Positions 33,921 to 42,250 of a stretch of 48,144 bases of DNA are shown here, in pieces. The stretch comes from Ignavibacteriales bacterium. Its GTDB lineage: Bacteria > Bacteroidota > Ignavibacteria > Ignavibacteriales > Ignavibacteriaceae. Within the stretch, counting starts at the first letter, position 1, and each line of letters starts with the position of its first letter. The position numbers were made by a program, and so were the translations under genes. The stretch is from positions 1-48,144 of the forward strand of contig WJMR01000378.1 in the NCBI GenBank assembly GCA_014727845.1, in the 5' to 3' direction. The notes beneath the pieces are model-generated. The model saw only the letters and a list, made by a program, of their open reading frames with translations. It was not told the origin of the DNA and did no database searches.

Positions 33921-35639
33921 CTACGATCCTTTGACGAACTGTTTCGCGTAGTATTTCGCGGTCAGCTTCTCGCCCGTCGCTCGCTCGATCATTTCGTTCC
34001 ACGAGTAGCGCGCGCCGGGAGCGAAAACGTTCTCGCGGAAGAACTCGCCGACCGTCTCGTCGTTGGCGAAACTCAAACCGAGCACGTCCTCCGCGGTCGC
34101 CTCCTCTACGTCGAGTTTTCGCTCGGCGACCGTGAAGTAGAACTGCGACGCGAGCAACTCGCCGAGCAGATAGTTGTGGTAGTAGGCGGGATAGAGCGCG
34201 ATGTGAATCTTCGTGACCCAGTCGGGTTCGTCGCGACCCTCGGGGCGCTCGATCATCTGATACTTCTCGACCAAATCCCACCAGAGTTTGTTCAAGTCTT
34301 GATCGGGATTTTCGTACATCGCCTTCTCGAATCGATAGACGACCTGCGCCCACCGGCTGAAGACGAGCTGCTCCAAACGCAAGGTCTCGAAGCTCGCTTC
34401 GGCGATCGCCGCCTTCTCGGACGCGGGCAACACTTCCATCGCCGCCATCCACTCGGCGTTCGCCGCCATCCGACCGAAGAACATCGCGACCGCCTCGGTG
34501 GTGAAGGTATGCGCGGGCGAGCGGAGCGAATAGGGGAGATCCATATTGATGTACTTGTCGTACACCGCGTGTCCGAACTCGTGGAGCGTCGTGTTCGTCC
34601 AGCTATAGTTCGGTTTGATGTTGCACACCACGCGCACGTCGCCGCTCCGATCTATGTCGGTGCAGTAGGCGTGCTGGTATTTCCCTTCCTTCTCGTAGAG
34701 GTCGCTCTTGGCGAGGAGGTCGTCGATCTCCAGCCCGACGCCGTCGAAGTACGTGTCCGTCAGCGCGGCGATATCCTCGTCCTTATAATATTTGTCGAGA
34801 TCGACGTCGTGGATTTTCGGCGCCTCTTGGAAGAAGCGGTTTTGGTAGTGCCACGGTTCGAGCTCGTCTTCGGATATCCCGTAGCGCTTGGCGAGTCGCG
34901 CGTCGATTTCCTTTTTCGCGCGGGCGAACTCGTCGCGGGTGAGCTCGTCCAGCTCGTCCATCAGCGCGAGAATTTCCTCGGGGTCCTGCTCGTCGAGCGT
35001 CAAGCTCATCGCGTGGTGATTGTCGTAGCCCAACTCGCGCGCCGCCTCGTTGCGGAGCTTGACCAATTCCAACGCTTGCTCGACGATCGTCGGACCGATC
35101 GCTTTGCTCGCCTTCCACGCCGCCTCGAGCCGCGCGTTGTCGGTCGAGGTTTTTAGGATTTCCTCGATTTGATTGTCGCTGAACTCCTTGCCGTCGATCG
35201 TGGCGCGGAACGTCGAGAAGCGATTCTCGAGATCGGTTTGCGCTTGGATAATCTTCTCGAGTTTCTCTTCCTCGATCTGCGAACCGGCGTAGGCGTTATA
35301 GAGAACCTCGAGTTGGCGCTTGAGGAGTTCGTCCTCGACCGCCTCCGATTCTTTGATCTCCTTCAACGCGGCGAACGCCTCCTTATCCGCGTAGATCTTG
35401 CTCAGCTTCACCTGCAAGTCGCCCGCGCGTTGGTAGTCCTCCTCCTTGCCGGAGATGGTCGCCTCGAAGTAGGCGACGTTCGCCTCCTTTTCGAGCGGCT
35501 TTACTTTCGCCTCGTAGTCGGCGATGAAATTCGTCAGCTTCGATTCCATTTCTTCCTTACTCGGTTGACATCCGATAATCGCGACGACTCCGACGACGAG
35601 CGCGAGCGCCGCCGTCGATCGCCGAACTATACTATTCAT
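33921..35639 (-). CDS. M2-family (angiotensin-converting-enzyme-like) zinc metallopeptidase, lipoprotein
   Basis: HEFGHAVYDKYINMDLPYSLRSPAHTFTTEAVAM parallels the ACE zinc site as I recall it ([29 protein letters not shown]), with the same spacing to the third ligand Glu. ATG 35639 is preceded by GAGGG and gives lipoprotein signal MNSIVRRSTAALALVVGVVAIIGC. The track start 35666 is a TTG. Confidence 0.8.
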   Translation of the reverse strand: MNSIVRRSTAALALVVGVVAIIGCQPSKEEMESKLTNFIADYEAKVKPLEKEANVAYFEATISGKEEDYQRAGDLQVKLSKIYADKEAFAALKEIKESEAVEDELLKRQLEVLYNAYAGSQIEEEKLEKIIQAQTDLENRFSTFRATIDGKEFSDNQIEEILKTSTDNARLEAAWKASKAIGPTIVEQALELVKLRNEAARELGYDNHHAMSLTLDEQDPEEILALMDELDELTRDEFARAKKEIDARLAKRYGISEDELEPWHYQNRFFQEAPKIHDVDLDKYYKDEDIAALTDTYFDGVGLEIDDLLAKSDLYEKEGKYQHAYCTDIDRSGDVRVVCNIKPNYSWTNTTLHEFGHAVYDKYINMDLPYSLRSPAHTFTTEAVAMFFGRMAANAEWMAAMEVLPASEKAAIAEASFETLRLEQLVFSRWAQVVYRFEKAMYENPDQDLNKLWWDLVEKYQMIERPEGRDEPDWVTKIHIALYPAYYHNYLLGELLASQFYFTVAERKLDVEEATAEDVLGLSFANDETVGEFFRENVFAPGARYSWNEMIERATGEKLTAKYYAKQFVKGS

Positions 35640-35714
35640 AACGACCCTCGTTGGATTAGTTGACAATCCGACAAAGTAACGATAAACGCGTAAAGAGGGA
35701 ACGCCGGCGCCGAA

Positions 35715-36647
35715 TTAAATCCGTCTTCGGAATCCTTTGCCGAGCACCTCGTGGACGTTGTTGATGATGACGAACGCGTCGGGATCGATCTCGCGGATGA
35801 CCTCGGTGAGCTTGCCGAGCTCCTTGAGGGTGACGACCGCCATCAATACTTCGCGATCGACGTCGCGATAGATGCCGCGCGCTTTAATCGCCGTGGCGCC
35901 GCGGCTGAGCTTGTTCATAATCGCGTCGGAGATCTCCTCGTATTTATCGGAGATGATGTAAACGGCGCGCGCGTAGTCGAAGCCGTCGATCACCGCGTCG
36001 ATAATGCGGCTCGAGACGAAAAGGAGGAAGACGGCGTAGAGGGTCAGCGTCATCGCGGGCCGGTCGGGGGATAAGTCCTTCGCGTAGATGATGACGCCGG
36101 CGATCGCGACGATAATCAAGTCGATCGACATAATCGCCATGCCGGGTTTGACGCCGAAACGCTTTTGCATAATCGCGGCGACGATATCCGACCCCGCCGT
36201 GGTGCCGCGAAACTTGAAGATAATTCCCAACCCGATGCCGAGACACGCGGCTCCCAGCAGGATGAGAAAGAAGAAATCGTGTTGGAGGATGTCTTGGACG
36301 GCGCTCGTTTTTTGTAACGCCAAAAACTCCAAGCCGGGATACTCGCCTCGGAAAAGATCGATGCCGATCGAGCTGATTGTGAAACCGTAGAACGTGCGGA
36401 CGCCGAAATCCTTGCCGAGTTCTTTAATGCCCCAGATGTAGAGCGGAACGTTCAGAACCCAGACCATAATACCGACGGGAATCGCGCCGCCCGTGAGGTA
36501 GTAAATCGCCATCGATAATCCGCTCACGCCGCCCGGCACCACGCGCGCGTCCACAAGGAAAACGCCGATCCCGATTGACATAATGAGCGCGCCGATGGTG
36601 AGGAAGACGTAGTCGGTAAAGGCGCGTTTATTAAACCATTTTTTCAT
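35715..36647 (-). CDS. YitT-family membrane protein (DUF2179 C-terminal domain)
   Basis: Multi-TM N-terminal region with the GGVSGLS and GTTAGSDI motifs. C-terminal soluble DUF2179-like domain: ATAIKARGIYRDVDREVLMAVVTLKELGKLTEVIREIDPDAFVII. Confidence 0.8.
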   Translation of the reverse strand: MKKWFNKRAFTDYVFLTIGALIMSIGIGVFLVDARVVPGGVSGLSMAIYYLTGGAIPVGIMVWVLNVPLYIWGIKELGKDFGVRTFYGFTISSIGIDLFRGEYPGLEFLALQKTSAVQDILQHDFFFLILLGAACLGIGLGIIFKFRGTTAGSDIVAAIMQKRFGVKPGMAIMSIDLIIVAIAGVIIYAKDLSPDRPAMTLTLYAVFLLFVSSRIIDAVIDGFDYARAVYIISDKYEEISDAIMNKLSRGATAIKARGIYRDVDREVLMAVVTLKELGKLTEVIREIDPDAFVIINNVHEVLGKGFRRRI

Positions 36648-36736
36648 TCGTGCCTCGGTAAATTGCTTCGTATGGAAAAACCGTAGCGAAAGACAATCTT
36701 AATGGTACCAAATATCGGGCGACGAAAAAAGGGAAC

Positions 36737-36760
36737 GTTTCTTTTTATGAAAAAAGAAAC
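36737..36760. promoter_or_regulatory. 10-bp perfect inverted repeat GTTTCTTTTT-(ATGA)-AAAAAGAAAC in a divergent intergenic region
   Basis: It lies 90 nt upstream of the YitT start (-) and 61 nt upstream of the BNR-protein start (+). It is an AT-rich hairpin or operator candidate. Function is not established. Confidence 0.25.
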
Positions 36761-36820
36761 TAACTTACAAAGTTTGACGCTTTTGCCACCAATTTATCGG
36801 ACAGTCGAACGGAGACGACG

Positions 36821-39800
36821 ATGACGCGATTCGCCTTTCTCACGCTTCTCGCCACGACCCTACTACATTTTCCCGTAACTCATGCGCAACCGCTCGCTAT
36901 GGAGGCGCTACCGGGCGTCCGCGCTCGCTCGATCGGTCCGGCGGGAATGAGCGGACGAGTGACGGCGATCGAGGCGTCGGTCGCCGACCCGAACGTGATC
37001 TACGTCGGTTCGGCGTCGGGCGGTTTGTGGAAATCCACGAGCGGCGGCGCGGACTGGGAGCCGATCTTCGACGACCAACCCGTCGCGTCGATCGGCGACG
37101 TCGCGATCGATCCGAACGCGCCCGACGTCCTCTGGGTCGCGACGGGCGAGGGGAATCCGCGTAACAGCGTTACGGCGGGCGACGGCGTTTTTAAATCGCT
37201 CGACGGCGGTCGGACGTGGCGGCGCGTCGGTCTCGAACATACCCGCCACATCCATCGGATCGTCGTTCACCCGCGCGACCCGAACACGGTGTACGCGGGA
37301 GCGACGGGCGCCGCGTGGGGCGAGAACCCGGAGCGGGGCGTCTATCGGACGACCGACGGCGGCGCGAGCTGGACGAAGTCGCTCTACGTGAACGAGAAAA
37401 CGGGCTGCGCCGACTTGGCGATGGACCCGCGCAATCCGAACAAACTTTTCGCCGCAATGTGGGAGCATCGGCGGTATCCGTGGTTCTTCAACTCCGGCGG
37501 CGAGGGTTCCGGACTCTACGCGACTCACGACGGGGGCGAGAGCTGGACGCGACTCGACGAGACGAACGGTTTACCGAAGGGACCCCTCGGTCGCATAGGC
37601 GTGGCGATAGCTCCGAGCGATCCCAACGTCGTATACGCCCTGGTGGAAGCGGAGAAGAACGGACTCTACCGCTCCGACGACGGGGGCGCGAGCTGGCGAC
37701 TCGTCGCCTCGGGGAACATCGGCAATCGACCGTTCTACTACGCGGAGATTCACGTCGATCCGAAAAACGAGAACCGCGTTTACAACCTCTACTCCAAAGT
37801 GGACGTGAGCGTGGACGGCGGCAAAACGTTCGAGACGCTGATCGACTATAGCGAGGCGCACCCCGACCACCACGCGTGGTGGATCCATCCCGAGGATCCC
37901 GACTTCATCATCGACGGGAACGACGGCGGGTTGGCGATCTCCCGCGACCGAGGCGAGACGTGGCGTTACGCGCGCAACCTGCCGCTCGGGCAGTTCTATC
38001 ATATTTCAATCGACGATCAAACGCCGTATAAAATCTACGGCGGTTTGCAGGATAACGGGTCGTGGACGGGACCGAGTTGGTTGCCGAGGAGAGGGGGACT
38101 CCGTAGCGGCGATTGGTCGCTCATCTCCTTCGGCGACGGCTTCGACGTGGCGCCGAACCCCGCAAACCCGCGCTACGGCTACTCGATGTGGCAGGGGGGC
38201 AACCTCCTCCGCTACGATCTCGAGAGCGGCGCGCGGCGATACGTCCAACCCGTTCACCCCGAGGGCGTCGAGTTGCGATTCAATTGGAACGCCGCGATCG
38301 CGACGGATCCGCACAACCCCGACGGCGTTTATTTCGGTAGCCAGTTCGTCCACTATAGCTCGGACGGAGGCGCGACGTGGGAGATTCTCTCGCCCGACTT
38401 AACGACGAACGACCCCGAGAAGCAGCGGCAAGAGGAGAGCGGTGGATTGACCTTTGACGTTACAGCCGCCGAGAACCACACGACGATCACGACGCTGGCG
38501 CCGAGCGCGCTCGATCAGAACGTGGTGTGGGCGGGAACCGACGACGGCGCGGCGCAAGTAACGACCGACGGCGGCGCGACGTGGCGCAACACGATCGAGA
38601 ACGTTCCCGATTTGCCCGCCAACTCGTGGATCGCGCAAATCCGCGCCTCCCGATACGACCCCGCGGCGGCGTTTCTCGTCGCTAACAACTATCGGATGAA
38701 CGATTGGGGGCTTTACGTTTTTTATACCGACGACTTCGGCGAATCGTGGCGGCGTGTCGCGCGCGAGGAGGACGTCGAGGGATACGCGCTCTCGATTCTC
38801 CAAGACCCCGTCGAGCCGCGGCTCCTCTTTCTCGGAACGGAATTCGGACTCTACGTTTCGATCGATCGAGGCGCGACGTGGGCGAAATGGACGAACGGCT
38901 ATCCAACCGTTTCGACAATGGACTTGGCTATGCAGGAACGGACGGGCGATCTCGTGATCGGGACGTTCGGTCGTTCACTATATATAATAGATAACGTAAC
39001 GCCGTTGCGCGAGCTCGCGGCGCGCAAGATCGGGAAGGAGGCGCTCGTCGTTTTCCCGATTCGCGACGAGACGATGTGGAATATCGCCGACATACAAGGC
39101 GTGATGTATCACGGCGACGCGGAGTTCGTCGGGGAGAATCGTCCGTTCGGAGCGTTGGTCTATTACTATGCGAGCTTCGACACGCTCGCCCCCGGCGACG
39201 GCGAATCCGAAGAGACGTCCGACGCAAAGGGGAAAACGCGCGAGGCGACCGTTACGATTTTTGACGCCGACGGGGATACGACGCGCGTCCTGAATACGAC
39301 GGCGAAGAACGGCGTCAATCGGTTCGTATGGGATTTCCGCGCCGACGGCGTACGGTTCCCCGAACAAGCCAAACCGAAAAAGCCGGGAGCGCCGCCCGCG
39401 GGATTGCAAGCGGCGCCGGGAACGTATCTCGTCGAGGTCGCGATTGAGAACGGGAAGGACACGGCGACCGTAACGCTATCGTCGGATCCGCGCGTGGATT
39501 TCCCTACGGCGGCGATCCGAGCGCGCATAGAAGAAGCCGAGCGGTTGTATCGCGCCATCGAGAGGGCGACGGCGGCGGCGGACCAAATCCGAGACGCGCA
39601 AAAGACCGTCGAGTTGGCGACCGCGTTGGCGAAGGAGCGCGGGGGCGAGCGCGCCGACTCGTTGGCGAAACTCGCGAGCGCTGAATCCGACACGCTTCAA
39701 ACGTTGCTCGAACTCTTCACGCAATCCGAAACGAAGGGGATTAAGCGCGATCCGAATCGCGTCGAGAGTTTGCTCCACTCGACGTTCTACTACTTGGAGA

Positions 39801-39994
39801 GCGCGCAAGCCGCGCCTACGGAAACCTATGAAGCGAAGAAGCGACTCGCGCTCGAGAAGACGCGAGCGGCGGTGGAGGCGTCGAACGATTACTTCGCGCA
39901 CGGTTGGATGGAGTTCCGTCGCGAGATCGAGACGGCGGAGTTGAGTCCGTTCGGCGATGTTCGTCGGATTGAGACGTCGGTTTTCGATAAGTAG
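36821..39994 (+). CDS. sortilin/VPS10-like BNR (Asp-box) repeat beta-propeller protein, secreted
   Basis: GGAGA RBS and signal peptide MTRFAFLTLLATTLLHFPVTHAQ. Repeated Asp-box motifs: KSTSGGADW, SLDGGRTW, TTDGGASW, THDGGESW, SDDGGASW, SVDGGKTF, SRDRGETW, SSDGGATW, TTDGGATW and SIDRGATW. Confidence 0.75.
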   Translation: MTRFAFLTLLATTLLHFPVTHAQPLAMEALPGVRARSIGPAGMSGRVTAIEASVADPNVIYVGSASGGLWKSTSGGADWEPIFDDQPVASIGDVAIDPNAPDVLWVATGEGNPRNSVTAGDGVFKSLDGGRTWRRVGLEHTRHIHRIVVHPRDPNTVYAGATGAAWGENPERGVYRTTDGGASWTKSLYVNEKTGCADLAMDPRNPNKLFAAMWEHRRYPWFFNSGGEGSGLYATHDGGESWTRLDETNGLPKGPLGRIGVAIAPSDPNVVYALVEAEKNGLYRSDDGGASWRLVASGNIGNRPFYYAEIHVDPKNENRVYNLYSKVDVSVDGGKTFETLIDYSEAHPDHHAWWIHPEDPDFIIDGNDGGLAISRDRGETWRYARNLPLGQFYHISIDDQTPYKIYGGLQDNGSWTGPSWLPRRGGLRSGDWSLISFGDGFDVAPNPANPRYGYSMWQGGNLLRYDLESGARRYVQPVHPEGVELRFNWNAAIATDPHNPDGVYFGSQFVHYSSDGGATWEILSPDLTTNDPEKQRQEESGGLTFDVTAAENHTTITTLAPSALDQNVVWAGTDDGAAQVTTDGGATWRNTIENVPDLPANSWIAQIRASRYDPAAAFLVANNYRMNDWGLYVFYTDDFGESWRRVAREEDVEGYALSILQDPVEPRLLFLGTEFGLYVSIDRGATWAKWTNGYPTVSTMDLAMQERTGDLVIGTFGRSLYIIDNVTPLRELAARKIGKEALVVFPIRDETMWNIADIQGVMYHGDAEFVGENRPFGALVYYYASFDTLAPGDGESEETSDAKGKTREATVTIFDADGDTTRVLNTTAKNGVNRFVWDFRADGVRFPEQAKPKKPGAPPAGLQAAPGTYLVEVAIENGKDTATVTLSSDPRVDFPTAAIRARIEEAERLYRAIERATAAADQIRDAQKTVELATALAKERGGERADSLAKLASAESDTLQTLLELFTQSETKGIKRDPNRVESLLHSTFYYLESAQAAPTETYEAKKRLALEKTRAAVEASNDYFAHGWMEFRREIETAELSPFGDVRRIETSVFDK

Positions 39995-40088
39995 TTTACG
40001 CGCTTGTTTTTATGTGGATAAATGGATATCTTTTGGTTCTGTAGCAGATTTGGCTCAATCTAAAAATCCGTTAAAAAGCGGGCGCGTT

Positions 40089-40400
40089 ATGACGAAAGCG
40101 GACATAGTCGATATTGTAGCCGCGGGCACCGGCTTAACGAAGCTGGAGACCGAAGCGGTTATCGAAGGTTTTTTTAAGAGCGTCGTCGAAGCGTTGCGAA
40201 ACGGCAACGGCATCGAAATTCGCGGCTTCGGTACGTATAAAGTTAAGAAGAAGAACGAGCGATACGCGCGCAATCCAAAGACGGGCGAGAAGGTTTTTGT
40301 GCCCGAGCATTACGTGCCCGTGTTCAAATTTTCGAAGAACTTCAAATCGTCGGTTGACGAAGGAATGAAGGAGCGCAAAGACGAGCGCGCCTCCGAGTAA
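40089..40400 (+). CDS. hup: HU/IHF-family DNA-binding protein
   Basis: MTKADIVDIVAAGTGLTKLETEAVIEGFFKSVVEALRNGNGIEIRGFGTYKVKKKNERYARNPKTGEKVFVPEHYVPVFKFSK is a canonical HU fold sequence (RGFG...RNPxTGE...P.FK). The track start 39957 adds 44 implausible residues. Confidence 0.9.
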   Translation: MTKADIVDIVAAGTGLTKLETEAVIEGFFKSVVEALRNGNGIEIRGFGTYKVKKKNERYARNPKTGEKVFVPEHYVPVFKFSKNFKSSVDEGMKERKDERASE

Positions 40401-40402
40401 TT

Positions 40403-41092
40403 ATGAACTTTTGCCCTTCCTGCGGAAAGCAACTCAAGTCGGATTACAAATTCTGCCCCGCCTGCGGCGCCGATCTTAAAGGCGGCGGAACGTCGGGGAA
40501 GAGCGGCTCGTTGACCGCGCCGACGATCGGCTTGGCGATTGCCGCGCTGCTGTTGGTCGTGGTTATCCTTTGGGGCTCGGGGATGTTCGACGCCCCCGAA
40601 GCGCCGAAGAACGCGGCGACGGGAAGCCAAGTCGCGCCGCCGAACTCGGGTCCGAACGCGCCCGCGCGCGATCCCGCCGCGAGCGCGGCTATAGAGCGGC
40701 GACTGAAGGAGTTACGATTAGCGACCGCCGCCGATCCGAGCGACGCCGAAGTCGCGCTGGAGCTGGCGAACGCCCTCAACGACGCGGGACGGTATCGTCA
40801 AGCGATCGAGGGCTACGAGAGCTACCTCGCGCTTGAGCCCGACAATCCGAACGCCGTGATCGATATGGGCGTGTGTTATTTCAATTTGGCGGAATACGAC
40901 GTCGCCGATTCGGTGATGCGTTCCGCCCTGAAAATAGACCCCGATCATCAGATCGGATATTACAATCTCGGCGTGGTTAACCTCTCCAAAGGAGATCCCG
41001 CCGAAGCGATGCGCATGTTTGAAAGGTGTGTCGAGATAGACCCGAATTCCGAACACGCGAAACGCGCCAAAGAATTAATTGAATCGCATTAA
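40403..41092 (+). CDS. zinc-ribbon / single-TM / TPR-repeat protein
   Basis: N-terminal CPSCG...CPACG zinc ribbon, TM helix TIGLAIAALLLVVVILWG, and C-terminal TPR-like repeats (ALELANALNDAGRYRQAIEGYESYLALEPDNPNA...). It starts 2 nt after the HU stop. Confidence 0.7.
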   Translation: MNFCPSCGKQLKSDYKFCPACGADLKGGGTSGKSGSLTAPTIGLAIAALLLVVVILWGSGMFDAPEAPKNAATGSQVAPPNSGPNAPARDPAASAAIERRLKELRLATAADPSDAEVALELANALNDAGRYRQAIEGYESYLALEPDNPNAVIDMGVCYFNLAEYDVADSVMRSALKIDPDHQIGYYNLGVVNLSKGDPAEAMRMFERCVEIDPNSEHAKRAKELIESH

Positions 41093-41113
41093 CCGATTGG
41101 AGGTTACCTCTCT

Positions 41114-41206
41114 ATGCCTTGTGGTAGAAAACGTAAGCGCCATAAAATGTCCACGCATAAGCGTAAAAAACGACTTCGTAAGAATCGTCATAAAAAGAAA
41201 AAATAA
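41114..41206 (+). CDS. 30-aa highly basic protein, bS22 / AURKAIP1(mS38)-COX24-like ribosomal protein
   Basis: Below the ORF-track length cutoff; found by reading the sequence. GGAGG lies 11 nt upstream of ATG 41114. Translation: MPCGRKRKRHKMSTHKRKKRLRKNRHKKKK*. This matches the conserved Bacteroidota small protein of the type MPSGKKRKRHKMATHKRKKRLRKNRHKKK as I recall it. Confidence 0.7.
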   Translation: MPCGRKRKRHKMSTHKRKKRLRKNRHKKKK

Positions 41207-41277
41207 TGTAACCGTCGTTTGAATTTTAGAAAGTAAAAACGTAATTTAAATGACGTACTTTTTGAAGTTCGCGACGC

Positions 41278-41350
<73 letters not shown>

Positions 41351-41354
41351 CCCC

Positions 41355-41382
41355 AAAGGAACCCATCGGTTCCTTTTTTTTT
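41355..41382 (+). terminator. Rho-independent terminator after tRNA-Thr
   Basis: Stem GGAACC / GGTTCC (41358-41363 / 41368-41373), loop CATC, followed by a T9 run. Confidence 0.7.
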
Positions 41383-41416
41383 GTACCTTATGTGTTCGAT
41401 TTGGGGGTTCATTTAG

Positions 41417-42250
41417 TTGGAAAACGGTTTGTCGGGATTGCACATAAGTATGCTGGGCAGTTCGAGCGCGGGCAACGGCGCGGCGATATGGAACGACTAC
41501 GGCGCCGTGATGATCGATCTCGGGCTGGGGCAGCGCTATCTTGAGCCGCGTCTTTCTCGGTTTGGCCTTCGCTTTGCGGATTTCTCCGCCGCCGTGATCA
41601 CCCACCTCCACGCCGACCATGTTCGCGAACCGACGCTCCGCCGAATGCGACGCGAGCGCGTTCCCGTTTACGTTCACGAACGCGCCTTCCCCATACTGCA
41701 AGCGCGCCATATCGCCGCGCGCGAGATGGCCGACGAGGGCTCGCTCCGTTCGTTCGGCGACGAAGGGATAGAGGCGGAGGGATTCGAGATAGAGAGTTTT
41801 CCCGTTTCGCACGACGCCCCCGGCGGGTGTCGAGGATACGTATTCCGCGCCAAAGGGGACGACGGCGACAAGATAATCGCCTACGCCACCGACCTCGCCT
41901 ACGCCGACGACGCGCTCGTTGAACGATTCATCGACGCCGACGCGTTCGTTCTCGAATCGAACCACGACGTCGAGATGCTCGAAAATTCCGGCAGGCCCCG
42001 CGAGTTGATCGACCGCATCCGAAACACGGGACACCTTTCCAACGACGAGAGCGCCGAGGCGTTCGGCAAAATACTCGACGGATCGCGACGCCCCCCCAAG
42101 CTCGCTATGTTGGCGCACCTCAGCGACGAGTGCAATCTTCCCGAACTCGCGATCGCCGCCGCGAACCGTGCGAGGGGCGCGCGACGAGTCGGCGACGTAG
42201 AGATCCGCGCCGCGAAACGATTTGAACCGACGGAGCCGTTCCGTGTTTGA
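41417..42250 (+). CDS. MBL-fold metallo-hydrolase
   Basis: HxHxDH motif VITHLHADHV preceded by LHISMLGSSSAGNG...VMIDLG, a typical beta-lactamase-fold N-terminus. Later SNHD and LAHLS blocks follow. The start is TTG 41417, because the first beta-strand begins before the first ATG. Confidence 0.75.
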   Translation: MENGLSGLHISMLGSSSAGNGAAIWNDYGAVMIDLGLGQRYLEPRLSRFGLRFADFSAAVITHLHADHVREPTLRRMRRERVPVYVHERAFPILQARHIAAREMADEGSLRSFGDEGIEAEGFEIESFPVSHDAPGGCRGYVFRAKGDDGDKIIAYATDLAYADDALVERFIDADAFVLESNHDVEMLENSGRPRELIDRIRNTGHLSNDESAEAFGKILDGSRRPPKLAMLAHLSDECNLPELAIAAANRARGARRVGDVEIRAAKRFEPTEPFRV

